A stretch of 57,372 nt of DNA, taken from positions 1 to 57,372 of the forward strand of contig JAUYAM010000003.1 of NCBI GenBank assembly GCA_030693425.1. The letters are read 5' to 3'. The DNA comes from a bacterium (GTDB taxonomy: Bacteria; Patescibacteriota; Minisyncoccia; Minisyncoccales; GWA2-46-15). The stretch's first letter is position 1. Each line of letters opens with the position of its first letter. A program made the position numbers and the translations under genes. Below are positions 10,601 to 19,107 of this stretch, piece by piece. The notes under the pieces were generated by a model that worked only from the letters and a program-made list of their open reading frames with translations, was not told where the DNA came from and did no database searches.

Positions 10601-10970
10601 CTCCGTTGACAATAAAAGTGCCTCTTTCGGTCATAATCGGAAAATCGGCCAGGAAAACCTCCTGCTCTTTGACTTCCTTGGTTTTGAGGTTGACCAGCCT
10701 GGTTTTTACTCTCAAGGAAGCTTCGTACGAACCGTTGTCATTCTTGGCCTCAAGGTCGTCTTTGTATTTCGGCTCGTCGAGTTTGTAACCCAAAAACCAG
10801 AGTTCGAACTCTTTCTTGGTATAGTCTCTGATCGGCGAAACTTCAGAGAAAAGCTCGCCCAGGCCCTTTTGCAAAAGCCACTGCCAGCTGTCTCTTTGAA
10901 GCGAACAAAGATAGGGGAGGCGAAAAGAGACGTTTGATTTAGAGAAAGATTTTACCTTCATCTTTGCCAA
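7689..10970 (-). CDS. rpoB: DNA-directed RNA polymerase subunit beta
   Basis: 1093 aa with conserved blocks GRHGNKGVVS and RFGEMEVWALEGYGA. The codon at 10970 is TTG; the first ATG is at 10961 (MKVKSF...), so the true start is 10970 or 10961. Confidence 0.97.
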   Translation of the reverse strand: MAKMKVKSFSKSNVSFRLPYLCSLQRDSWQWLLQKGLGELFSEVSPIRDYTKKEFELWFLGYKLDEPKYKDDLEAKNDNGSYEASLRVKTRLVNLKTKEVKEQEVFLADFPIMTERGTFIVNGVERVAIAQLIRSPGVFFTSQQIGGRQYFGAKIIPNRGAWLEIETDASGFMGMKIDRKRKVAVTALLRAFGIDKDQAIKELFQDVNNDPDLNYVEETIKKDSSHNQAEALVEIYQRLRPGDLVTPDTARELIENMFFNFERYDLSRVGRWRMNQRLLRPMGTDKRRITTDSLIRESVKINLKSAQISDGEEITVKERVLKPEDIVGVVHEVIRLNNTPGALADPIDHLGNRRVRTSAEVLQNRMRVGLLRMERIIKDRMSTLEEGMMAPSQVINPRPLMAVIKEFFTSSQLCQFMDNENPLAELEHKRRLAATGPGGLTRERAGLEVRDVQPSHYGRICPIQTPEGQNVGLISHLACFARINSLGFLETPYFKVEKGKVTSEIHYLNAYEEERYNIAHAGVPVGKDSQIIPEKVAARIKGEPGEIDKSMIDFMDVSSKQTVSAATALIPFLQNDDANRALMGSNMQRQAVPLLNPEAPLVCTGVEPRVAEDSGQVLLAKDDGVVTEADARHIRIQNQKTRVHTDYFLRTFVRTNQYTCFHQRPIVKKGEHVKKGQVLTDGAAIEDGWLALGRNVLVSFLSLRGGNYEDAIIISERLVKDVVFSSIHLEDFFCDVRETKLGPEITTSDIPNVSEDKLKDLDSEGVIRIGAEVGSHDILVGKISPKGETDLTPEERLLRAIFGERAREVKDTSLLLEYGKRGRVVDVKVWEREKGAQLEPGIIKRIQVEVAEFRKIQAGDKLAGRHGNKGVVSFVLPEEEMPFLEDGTPVDIVLNPLSVASRMNLGQILETHLGLAAKTLGYRAVSPALLGANEEDIKKELKEAGFPEDGKLKVFDGRTGEGFLGKATVGYIYMMQLIHMVEDKIHMRSIGPYSLITQQPLGGKSQFGGQRFGEMEVWALEGYGASHTLQEILTIKSDDVSGRAAAYESILKGEQIRHPNIPASFNLLVAELKSLGLAVEVKEKIREEKQEDN

Positions 10971-10978
10971 CGCTCTAA

Positions 10979-11135
10979 ACCCCGCACCAACTTTGCTTAA
11001 TTATTAGATTGCGCAGTGCGGGCAGCGAATAGCTGCACCCCGAACTGGAGCGAAGCGCTGCGCCCAATTACGGGGGTTTGCCTATTCGGCAAGCGCACTT
11101 CGCAAGATGCTTTTCTGGCAAAGTTGGTGCGGGGT
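10979..11135. repeat. 157-bp hairpin element with perfect 18-bp terminal inverted repeats (ACCCCGCACCAACTTTGC / GCAAAGTTGGTGCGGGGT), 9 nt upstream of the rpoB TTG
   Basis: Arms at 10979-10996 and 11118-11135, read directly. The interior holds two small hairpins with GAATAG-type loops (gcagc-gaata-gctgc; ttgcc-tattc-ggcaa). Termini and flanks (TAAA|CCCC...GGGG|TAAAA) resemble the 115-bp elements at 31594, 50256 and 50902. Confidence 0.8.
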
Positions 11136-11289
11136 AAAAAGCGAAAAAACCCCGCCAGGATTGGGGCTACTAAAAGTTAAGCTTTTAATCTAGCCGAAGA
11201 GGCTTCAAGTTACCTCTGAAATTATTTAAAACGCTAATGCTTTTAAACTATATCAAAAAACCCAAATTGTCTAGGGCGCGTATAGAAGT

Positions 11290-11319
11290 ATTATATTACA
11301 AGCCAATGACTGTTGTCAA
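11290..11319 (-). promoter_or_regulatory. Sigma70-like promoter for the rpoBC transcript (TTGACA-N18-TATAAT on the minus strand)
   Basis: Reverse complement of 11314-11319 is TTGACA and of 11290-11295 is TATAAT. It lies just downstream of the stop of the upstream gene. Sequence match only. Confidence 0.45.
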
Positions 11320-11325
11320 GAGTTT

Positions 11326-13551
11326 TTAATGTTTCTCCAATTGCTCCAGTTTGTCTTTCAGAATCTGGTTGTTAGGACTGATTTTCAAGGCCCGTTCCAA
11401 AAAGCTGATCGCCTGAGTTTTGTCCCCCTTTTTCTCAAGAGCCAGAGCCAGAGAATAAAGGCTATCTAAATGCGAGGGGTTAAGCTTCAAAGCTCTTTCA
11501 AATTCTAAAATCGCCTCATTGGTCTTGTTCTGGTTAAAATAAAGCCTGCCCAATTGAAAAGCAATGTCAGTGTTCAAAGGATAGAGCTGACCGAGATGAG
11601 ACATGTAGCTTAAAGCTCCTTTAAGATCTCCCTGTTTTTCTCTGACCAGTCCTAAAAATATCCGGGGTTCCAAAAAGTCGGGTTTTAAGGCTCTGGCTTT
11701 CACGAGCTCTTCCTTTGCCTTATTCAAATCTCCCTTGGCAAAGTAAACCCGCCCCAGCCTCGAATGGAGCAAGGGATTGGCCGGCTCCAAGTCCACCGCT
11801 CTTTCAAAGGATTTTATCCCCCAATCCTCGGTCCCCGAAACCAGTCCCTGGACCTCCTGATAAATCATGCCCAGGGTCTCCCACGAAGCTACCCAGTTCG
11901 GAGAAATCTCGGTTGCCCTTCTGGCAGAATCTACGGCTGAAACGACTGTCTGGAAAACGTTTTTAGTATCAGCTTTTTGCGACTCTTGGATTGCCAGATT
12001 GATCAGGCTCCGGCTCAAAACTATCTGGTACTCGGCAAAGTAAGGATTGACGGAAACCGCCTTTCGATTCAAGGCGACTTTGTCGTCTATCTTGGCTTTT
12101 CCAAGCGCCTGATAGTAAAGGAAATCCCCCCAATAAATCCTTGAGGCCCAGAAAACAACGAAGATCAAGGCCAGGCTTAAAAACAAAATAAAGACTAGCA
12201 GGAGAATTCTTTTTCCGGAACCGTCTTTGTCAAAAATAGTTCTCGGGATTCTGAACTTTCCCAGAAAGCCTATTAAATTGAAACCCTTCTCTTTTGCCGT
12301 CAGTCCCGTAATCAGCCCCAAAAACAGCCAGAAGCTGAATCCCAAGACCACATTCTGGTAATAGAACGCCTGGGCAAAAACAGAGGAAATAAAGGCAAAA
12401 ACCAGATTCAAAAACGGCAAATCAGGGCTTGGCCGAAAGACATGGCCAAGGCTTGGGAAAGGGGACTTAATCGCCAAAACCGCCAAAACAAGAAAAATCA
12501 GGAGGCTAAACAAGCCCGTCGTCGACATCATCTCTAAAATATGGCTGACGGGACGGTCAAATCTTATCTGCCACAAAGGGTCCCGGTTAAAACTCTCCTG
12601 CTTGAATTTGGAGAAGTTGTAGAAAAAGGTGCCGGGACCAGATCCCAGAATCGGCCTTGACTTGAAAGCCTCCAGGCTGATCTGCCAGCTCGTCTGCAAA
12701 TCCAGAGTCACTTCGCGAGGAAAAGAAACCAAGCTCTTTGGAAAAATCTTGGAGATATCCAAACTCATTCCAGCCGCAGACAAAGTCAAAAACAATAACA
12801 AGATCAAAGCCAAGCTTTTTATTCCCTCCGATTTTTTCTTGAAAGAAATCAGTCCCAAATATAACAGAGAGGTCAATCCAAGGACGATCAGGCTCGGGGC
12901 ATAGTCAACCAGAAGTATCAATCCTGCAGAAAAAGCGAGGAAAACCCAGGCCAGTTTTTTCTCCCTAAAGCCAATGCTCAAGAACATCAGAGGCGCCAGG
13001 AACATAACCAGCCCTTCGAGAGAAGGAGAGACTAAATTGAAGTTTCTTTGCAAAAGAGCCGGGGAAAAACTGACCAGTTTTGCCAAAATCCCCGTCAAAG
13101 ACAAATAGGCAATAAGGACAATAAAGCTGGCCGACCAGAGAATGGTTTTTATAACCCTGTCTGCCTTGTCTTTCGGCAGGCGGCTGGCCAGAAAATAGAC
13201 AAGGGCAAAAGAAATTAAGCCAATCAGGCCGTTTGAGAACCGGCCGTAAAAACCAAAGATGCTGGAAACCTTGTCAACCGAAAACAAGGCGGAAACAGCA
13301 GCGACTATCAAGAATCCCAAGACTAACAAGTCAAACGGCCAGAAAATTTTTAACTTAGGCCTCTCTTCTGGCGAAAAATTGCTGAAAAAATAGACAATCA
13401 GAAGTGCTAGATTTAAGAAAAACAGCAAAAACTCCTTTGGGAACTCCCAGGCCTCAAAGGAAAAAGGCAGCCAGAAAAGAGGCACTAAAAAGACGAGGGC
13501 AGAAAACCCGTAGAGGAAAATACGGCCCAGTTTAAGATTCATGGATAACAA
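11326..13551 (-). CDS. Wzy/O-antigen-ligase-like polytopic membrane protein with C-terminal TPR repeats
   Basis: 741 aa with more than 10 predicted TM helices, a GSGPGTFFYNF motif, and a C-terminal run of TPR-like repeats (ALKLNPSHLDSLYSLALALEKKGD...). Paralog of the next gene. Confidence 0.85.
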   Translation of the reverse strand: MLSMNLKLGRIFLYGFSALVFLVPLFWLPFSFEAWEFPKEFLLFFLNLALLIVYFFSNFSPEERPKLKIFWPFDLLVLGFLIVAAVSALFSVDKVSSIFGFYGRFSNGLIGLISFALVYFLASRLPKDKADRVIKTILWSASFIVLIAYLSLTGILAKLVSFSPALLQRNFNLVSPSLEGLVMFLAPLMFLSIGFREKKLAWVFLAFSAGLILLVDYAPSLIVLGLTSLLYLGLISFKKKSEGIKSLALILLLFLTLSAAGMSLDISKIFPKSLVSFPREVTLDLQTSWQISLEAFKSRPILGSGPGTFFYNFSKFKQESFNRDPLWQIRFDRPVSHILEMMSTTGLFSLLIFLVLAVLAIKSPFPSLGHVFRPSPDLPFLNLVFAFISSVFAQAFYYQNVVLGFSFWLFLGLITGLTAKEKGFNLIGFLGKFRIPRTIFDKDGSGKRILLLVFILFLSLALIFVVFWASRIYWGDFLYYQALGKAKIDDKVALNRKAVSVNPYFAEYQIVLSRSLINLAIQESQKADTKNVFQTVVSAVDSARRATEISPNWVASWETLGMIYQEVQGLVSGTEDWGIKSFERAVDLEPANPLLHSRLGRVYFAKGDLNKAKEELVKARALKPDFLEPRIFLGLVREKQGDLKGALSYMSHLGQLYPLNTDIAFQLGRLYFNQNKTNEAILEFERALKLNPSHLDSLYSLALALEKKGDKTQAISFLERALKISPNNQILKDKLEQLEKH

Positions 13552-13554
13552 AAT

Positions 13555-15981
13555 TTACTTCGTCGGAGACGGAGAAGGCGTCACTTCCAACTCTTCGGGC
13601 AGCTTCTCCTGAATCGGCGGCTGCTCGGCCTGAATCACTCCTTCAAGGGCTTTCTTGCCGGCTTTTAGGTTCTCTAAGATCTTTTTTACCTGATCATTGT
13701 CCGGATTGAGCTGGGAAACCTTTCCAAACTGCTCGATCGCTTTCTGTTTTTCGTCAGCCTGATCGTATAAAAGACCGAGGAAGTACCTAGCGTTGGAATA
13801 ATTCGGGTCCAGGGCGACGGCTCTTTCAAACTCGGCCCTGGCATTCTTTATCTGATTGTCTGCCTGGTAAATGACTCCGAGCTGAAAGGCCAGCCCCGTG
13901 TCAAAAGGAGCAATTGCTTTTGTTTCTTCGAGCTTGGCGATGGCGTCTTTTGTCTTGTTTTCTCTGACATCAATCATGGCCAGTTGGAAGCGGGCCGGAG
14001 CGTAGTCTGATTTCAAATCAAGAGCTTTCTGGAATTTTCCTCTGGCAGTATCCAGGGCCTGCTGCCTGTCAGCGGCCTTAGTTTTGTCCAGAGCGAGATC
14101 ATCGGCCTGGCTGACATAAACCTGCCCTAAAACAGTGTAAATATAAGGACTGGTCGGTTCAAGCTTTATCGCCTCCTCGTAAGCACTGATTGCCCAGCCG
14201 TCGGCCCCCTTGATAATGGACAGGATATTGCTGTAAACAAAGCCTCTGACTGTCCAGTTGGCAATATTTTTCGGGGAGGCGTCGCTTGAAGATTTGGCGG
14301 CCGCCACCAGAGAAGAAATTAGGTTGGTGACGTTTTGGCCGACTTCCTGCTGAGTGATATCTTTCCTCTGCAGCTCTTCGTTGATCCTGAAAAGATAAAC
14401 CTGCGATAAATCTCTCCAGTAATTGTCCTGCTTAGATCCTGTCAAACGGATGGCGCTAGACAGATGGATGACGGCGGCGCTATTATCGCCCTTCTGAACA
14501 TCCCGCAAAGCTTTTACGTAGTTTACTTCGGCAAAATACCTTTGGCCCTGGGCGAAAAAGACGGTCATCGAAACAATCAAGACGACTATGAAAGCAAAGG
14601 AAACGCCGACAGTGATCCAAGGAGTAGATATCTTCCCTTTCGAGGCTTGCTCCGACGCCCGAGACGGCTGAAGGTCAAAAGTCTTAGTCTTGATGCCAAT
14701 CAGGCAGAAGATGAATGCCAAAAGCATCCAGAACAAAAACATGGAAGAAAGGTTGCTCGGATACATGAAAAAGCTGATAACAACCCCGATAAAGCTGGCG
14801 ACAACGCCCGTAAGCATTATCCAGACGAAATTTTCCTTCTTGGCCTCGCCGTAAATGACGCTTTTGAGCCCGAAAAAACCGGCCAGACCAATAACGGCCA
14901 GGAAAGAGAGAAATCCCAGAATACCGGTAGTTGCCAGACGGTCTGAAACCTCCGAAGACCCTGATCCGAATCTTGTCCCCCAAAAAACCGTCTGATTAAT
15001 GTCCACCGGCTTGTACATCGAGTAATCGTAAACAAAAGTGCCGGGACCGGATCCAAACATCCAGGAAATCGGCGGTTTAAAACTCTTGACCGTCTTCAGG
15101 GCGACGTTAAAGCTGGAGCCCAAAGTCGGAGAAACTTCAATCGGAAGATTGATCGTCGGGATAATCGAACTCCTCATCATCAAGGCAAATAAAGAAAAGG
15201 CCAGAATCAGCATCGGCAGAAACAGCCAGCTGAGATTGAAAACTTCTCTTTTAGCAATGCCGAAGATAAGAATCAGGGAAGCTTCAACCATAAGAATCTG
15301 CCAGGCGGTCTGAAAATTAATCGCCAGAAGCAGAAAGAGAGAAACGATGACAAACAGCCAGACCAGAACCTTAACCAATTTCTTTTTAGAGATGAATATC
15401 AGGCTGGCGGCCAAGGGCAGAAAGGCTGCCAGAAAAACAGCCAAGCCGTTCGCAGATCCAACCGTGTTGAACGAGGTTGACTTGGCAAAATCAAAGGGCA
15501 AAGGAAACTTGCCGAGAATTTGGGGCAGAGCAATCAGAGCCACCAACAATCCAGAAACCACCAGAATAAAGATCAATCCGAAGACGTCTTCCGGTTTTCG
15601 GTAAAGGTTGACTATCAGAAAGTAAAGCAGGATTAAAACTAGAGTGCTCAAAAAACTTGAGGAAATGACTAGAGGCCAGCCCCAGAAACTGCCGTATTTG
15701 TAGGCGGAAAACAAGGTTGACAGGGCGGTGACGACTAAAAGAGCTGCCGGGGCCAGATTAAACCAGCTGACGTCCAAAGAAATCTTTTCTTCGATCAAGG
15801 ACTTCAATAGCCAGGCAAAAAGCGAAGCCAAGACGAAAACCACCAAAAGAGCCTGCTTGTTGAAATCTAAGACGTTTGAGGTAAAAGGCAGGAAGAACGA
15901 GGGCAGCAAGAAGACCAATACTAAAATTGCTGTCTTGGAGACCTTTTGCCAAACCTTAGTTGAATCTTGTGCGTCTGCCAT
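13555..15981 (-). CDS. Wzy/O-antigen-ligase-like polytopic membrane protein with C-terminal TPR repeats (tandem paralog)
   Basis: 808 aa with the same architecture (GSGPGTFVYDY motif, TPR-rich C-terminus, Pro-rich tail). Confidence 0.85.
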   Translation of the reverse strand: MADAQDSTKVWQKVSKTAILVLVFLLPSFFLPFTSNVLDFNKQALLVVFVLASLFAWLLKSLIEEKISLDVSWFNLAPAALLVVTALSTLFSAYKYGSFWGWPLVISSSFLSTLVLILLYFLIVNLYRKPEDVFGLIFILVVSGLLVALIALPQILGKFPLPFDFAKSTSFNTVGSANGLAVFLAAFLPLAASLIFISKKKLVKVLVWLFVIVSLFLLLAINFQTAWQILMVEASLILIFGIAKREVFNLSWLFLPMLILAFSLFALMMRSSIIPTINLPIEVSPTLGSSFNVALKTVKSFKPPISWMFGSGPGTFVYDYSMYKPVDINQTVFWGTRFGSGSSEVSDRLATTGILGFLSFLAVIGLAGFFGLKSVIYGEAKKENFVWIMLTGVVASFIGVVISFFMYPSNLSSMFLFWMLLAFIFCLIGIKTKTFDLQPSRASEQASKGKISTPWITVGVSFAFIVVLIVSMTVFFAQGQRYFAEVNYVKALRDVQKGDNSAAVIHLSSAIRLTGSKQDNYWRDLSQVYLFRINEELQRKDITQQEVGQNVTNLISSLVAAAKSSSDASPKNIANWTVRGFVYSNILSIIKGADGWAISAYEEAIKLEPTSPYIYTVLGQVYVSQADDLALDKTKAADRQQALDTARGKFQKALDLKSDYAPARFQLAMIDVRENKTKDAIAKLEETKAIAPFDTGLAFQLGVIYQADNQIKNARAEFERAVALDPNYSNARYFLGLLYDQADEKQKAIEQFGKVSQLNPDNDQVKKILENLKAGKKALEGVIQAEQPPIQEKLPEELEVTPSPSPTK

Positions 15982-16062
15982 ATTTTTGACTTAAATTTGT
16001 TAATAATAATTACTTTATAATAATAGCTTAATTTTAAGCTGAAAGCAAGGTTTCATTTTCGT

Positions 16063-16452
16063 TTAGCCGCCGACGATGTTTTCGTAATGATTTAAACGAT
16101 CTAAAGAATAATCTTTTTTCAAAACAATACATATAGCGTCTATCCTGTAAAAACCTTTCCATTTTGCCCTAGCCGCATAGGCCACCGCATTACCCCAAAG
16201 TTTTCTCAGTTTTCTCTTGTTAATCGTTTCCTCCGGAGTTCCGAAATTATTCCCCATTCTTGTTCTAACTTCTACAAAAACCAAATCATTTTTCCTTTTG
16301 GCCACCAGATCAATCTCCGCATATTTTGTCTTGTAATTCCGCTCAACTATCTTATATCCTTTTCTCTCCAAATGTTCTTTGGCTATTTCCTCGCCCCTCT
16401 TTCCTGTATCCAAGTGCGCGCTCCTGTTAAAGAAGCTTAACTCCTTTTCCAT
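16063..16452 (-). CDS. yraN: YraN-family (UPF0102) endonuclease-like protein
   Basis: GKRGEEIAKEHLERKGYKIVERNY...EIDLVAKRKNDLVFVEVRTR matches the YraN core. The maximal ORF extends to 16560, but the extra 36 codons consist of palindromic-repeat sequence. ATG 16452 gives the family-typical length of about 129 aa. Confidence 0.8.
   Translation of the reverse strand: MEKELSFFNRSAHLDTGKRGEEIAKEHLERKGYKIVERNYKTKYAEIDLVAKRKNDLVFVEVRTRMGNNFGTPEETINKRKLRKLWGNAVAYAARAKWKGFYRIDAICIVLKKDYSLDRLNHYENIVGG
16429..16447. repeat. Degenerate copy (2 mismatches) of palindrome AAAGGAGCTTAGCTCCTTT
   Basis: 'aaagaagcttaactccttt', read directly. Lies at the 5' end of yraN and encodes EKELSFF. Confidence 0.7.
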
Positions 16453-16473
16453 AAACCCCTTCTCCTTTCCGCT

Positions 16474-16492
16474 AAAGGAGCTTAGCTCCTTT
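16474..16492. repeat. Perfect 19-bp palindrome AAAGGAGCTTAGCTCCTTT
   Basis: Read directly. Translates as KELSSF in the extended yraN ORF. Confidence 0.9.
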
Positions 16493-16577
16493 TTCTTATT
16501 TCTGCCCATTAAGTTGTTTAAGCCGGTTAAACAACTGTCTAAAATTTGCTTTATGCGCATATATACATCTATTTGAC

Positions 16578-16602
16578 CCCATTGACGACAGTCGTCAATG
16601 GG
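16578..16602. repeat. REP-like perfect palindrome, family 1 (CCCATTGACGACAGTCGTCAATGGG)
   Basis: 25-bp perfect palindrome in the comM-yraN spacer. Same core (TTGACGACWGTCGTCAA) as the copies around the transposase gene at 19781-20494. Confidence 0.9.
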
Positions 16603-16606
16603 CTAT

Positions 16607-16625
16607 AAAGGAGCTTAGCTCCTTT
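16607..16625. repeat. Perfect 19-bp palindrome AAAGGAGCTTAGCTCCTTT
   Basis: Read directly, 4 nt after the family-1 palindrome. Confidence 0.9.
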
Positions 16626-16634
16626 TAACCTGGT

Positions 16635-18176
16635 TTAAATGTCTTCGTATATTTTTGGTCGGTACTGCAGGGCTTCGGCCATATGGGAAATGCCTATATC
16701 CTCTATTCTTTCTAAATCGGCAATGGTTCGGGCTACTTTTATCATTTTCATGTAAGACCGGGCGGATAATTGGAATTTCAGGCCGGCCTGCCTTAAAAGC
16801 TGTTCCACTTCTTTCGTCAGTTGACAGTATTTTTTAATGTGGCTGTTCTTCATTTGGGCGTTTGTATAAATATCCTTTCTCTTAAAGCGTTTTTGCTGGA
16901 TTTTTCGGGCCACCACCACTCTTTTTTTGACTTTTTCCGACGATTCTAAAAACTCTGAGGCTTTTTGATTTTCCGAAAATTCCCCAACATCAACCGGCTG
17001 AACAACCACGTGCAAATCGATTCTATCGAGAATTGGCCCGGAAATTCTTCTCTGGTATTTCCTGATCTGACGGGGAGAACAAATGCAATTTTTCCTTGGA
17101 TGATTCAGGTAGCCGCAGGGACAGGGATTGGCCGAGGCCACGAGCATGAAATCGGCCGGATACCTCACCCTTTCTTTGCTTCGAGATATCGTCAGATAGC
17201 CGTCTTCCAAAGGCTGACGAAGAGCCTCCATCACCGATCTGGGAAATTCATTAAACTCATCCAGAAAAAGAACTCCTCTGTGCGCTAAACTGATTTCTCC
17301 AGGCTGGGGTCTGGTTCCCCCGCCGATCAGACCAACTAGAGAAGCCGTATGGTGCGGCGCCCTGAATTGGCGACTAGTAACCAGAGAACCTCCAGGCGGT
17401 ATGTTGCCCGAGGCAGAATACAGTTTCGTCACTTCCAAAGACTCTTCTTCGCTTAATGGCGGCAAGATTCCAGGAAGAGCTCTAGCCAGCATGGTTTTTC
17501 CCGAGCCCGGAGAGCCTACCATAATAATATTGTGACTGCCCGAGGCCGCTATTTCTATGGCACGTTTGGCCTGTTCCTGGCCCAAGATTTCTTTCATGTC
17601 AAACTCGGCCGGAGCGGGAAGTCGGTCATCGATTTCGCTCTTTTTGAAAATCGCTGGTTCAATCAGCTTCCTGCCTAGGAAATGAGCCGTCAGTTCAAAA
17701 AGATTTTCCACGGGATACACCTTAATTCCTTTGATGACCGCCGCCTCGTTGGCCGAATCCTTGGGGACAAATAAATTTTCAAAACCGGCCTCTTTGGCAA
17801 AAAGCGCCAGCAAAAAAGCTCCCCGAGTATGGCGTAACGAACCGTCCAGCGACAGCTCGCCAAAGAATAAAGATTTTTCCGGCAAAGAAAAGGGCAAAAC
17901 ACTTCTCAGTATTCCCAGAGCGATCGGCAAATCATAAAAAGAGCCTTCCTTGGGAATATCGGCCGGCGCCAAGTTAACGGTGATTTTCTTTGGAGGAAAC
18001 TCAATGCCTGAACTCAAAATGGCCGCCCTCACCCTTTCTTTGCTTTCGTCCACGGCTTTGTCGGGCAAACCAACGATTTCAAAACCGGGCAATCCTCGGT
18101 TGGCTAAATGCACTTCAACGTCGACTTTAATTGTTTCCAGCCCTAAATTGGCGGCTGATGGAACTTTAACTAACAT
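16635..18176 (-). CDS. comM: YifB/ComM-family Mg-chelatase-like AAA+ ATPase
   Basis: 513 aa with an N-terminal Lon-like domain, Walker A GSPGSGKTMLA, Walker B VLFLDEFNEF and a C-terminal ChlI-like domain. Confidence 0.93.
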   Translation of the reverse strand: MLVKVPSAANLGLETIKVDVEVHLANRGLPGFEIVGLPDKAVDESKERVRAAILSSGIEFPPKKITVNLAPADIPKEGSFYDLPIALGILRSVLPFSLPEKSLFFGELSLDGSLRHTRGAFLLALFAKEAGFENLFVPKDSANEAAVIKGIKVYPVENLFELTAHFLGRKLIEPAIFKKSEIDDRLPAPAEFDMKEILGQEQAKRAIEIAASGSHNIIMVGSPGSGKTMLARALPGILPPLSEEESLEVTKLYSASGNIPPGGSLVTSRQFRAPHHTASLVGLIGGGTRPQPGEISLAHRGVLFLDEFNEFPRSVMEALRQPLEDGYLTISRSKERVRYPADFMLVASANPCPCGYLNHPRKNCICSPRQIRKYQRRISGPILDRIDLHVVVQPVDVGEFSENQKASEFLESSEKVKKRVVVARKIQQKRFKRKDIYTNAQMKNSHIKKYCQLTKEVEQLLRQAGLKFQLSARSYMKMIKVARTIADLERIEDIGISHMAEALQYRPKIYEDI

Positions 18177-19053
18177 AGTATTTGTTACCTTCTTGTTTTA
18201 TAAAGCCTTTGATTTGCATTAAAGATAGGTCAGCGCTGATTTTTGAAACCGGCAGAGACAGGAGCCGGGCTAAGCCATCGGCTTCCATAGGCTCTCTCTT
18301 TAGATTTTCCATTATTTTCCTTTCCAGATCGCTCATTCTAACCAAACCGGTCTTGACTCCGACCAAACTCGGCTTAGTCAAGGAGATGTTGAAAAAACTC
18401 AAAATGTCTTGGGCTTGGGTTACCACCGCGGCTCCATCCTTGATTAACTTGGCCGTTCCCTGAGAAACTTCGCTCGTCAATGGTCCTGGCACGGCAAATA
18501 TCTTCCGGCCAAAACTTTTGGCGTGTCCCACCGTAATGAAAGTGCCAGAAACAAGACCAGCCTCGACTACCAAAACGGCCTGGGAGAGTCCGGCCACAAT
18601 TCTGTCCCTTTTGGGATAGGTCCACAGGGCCGGCGAAAAACTTCCTTCGAATTCCGAGAGAATTAAGCCCCTGTTCTCTAAAATTTTTTGGTAAAGTTCT
18701 TCTTGATATTCGGGATGGATTAAATCTATACCGCAGGGCATAACGGCAATGGTCCTGCCGCCAACTGTCACCGTCGCCCGATGGGCCGCTTCGTCCCCGC
18801 CGTACATGAAACCGGAAACAATCGTCACTCCTGCTGCGGCAATTTCTGAAACCAGAAGTTCGGTCATCCGCCGGCCATAGCTCGTGAATCTCCGAGAACC
18901 CACCACCGCCAGACAATTTTCAAAAATATCATTGTCCCACTCGCCTTTATAATAAAGCTTCTTGGGCGCCCCCTTAATTTTCTTCAACAACCTCGGGTAT
19001 CTTTTGTCTTTTAATTCGACAGAATTAAACTTATTTATTTCAATAACATTCAC
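18166..19053 (-). CDS. dprA: DNA-processing protein DprA (Smf)
   Basis: VVGSRRFTSYG...VSGFMYGGDEAAHRA...VVEAGLVSGTFITVGHAKSFGRKIFAVPG Rossmann core plus a C-terminal winged helix. GTG start. Overlaps comM by 11 nt. Confidence 0.93.
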   Translation of the reverse strand: MNVIEINKFNSVELKDKRYPRLLKKIKGAPKKLYYKGEWDNDIFENCLAVVGSRRFTSYGRRMTELLVSEIAAAGVTIVSGFMYGGDEAAHRATVTVGGRTIAVMPCGIDLIHPEYQEELYQKILENRGLILSEFEGSFSPALWTYPKRDRIVAGLSQAVLVVEAGLVSGTFITVGHAKSFGRKIFAVPGPLTSEVSQGTAKLIKDGAAVVTQAQDILSFFNISLTKPSLVGVKTGLVRMSDLERKIMENLKREPMEADGLARLLSLPVSKISADLSLMQIKGFIKQEGNKYYVS

Positions 19054-19069
19054 GATATTCGTTCTCTTT

Positions 19070-19088
19070 AAAGGAGCTTAGATCCTTT
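19070..19088. repeat. Palindrome AAAGGAGCTTAGATCCTTT (1 mismatch) in the comFC-dprA spacer
   Basis: Read directly, 17 nt upstream of the dprA start. Confidence 0.8.
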
Positions 19089-19107
19089 CTTCTTAATTGT
19101 GCTTTTC

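Noticed and set aside
3923-10788. Numerous 60-170-aa ORFs on the opposite strand or in other frames of rpoC and rpoB, and similar ones inside ftsK, the giant gene, ligA and others
   Set aside because: They are fully embedded in long, strongly conserved coding regions. They have low-complexity or Pro/Arg/Ser-rich translations typical of antisense frames and no independent signals.
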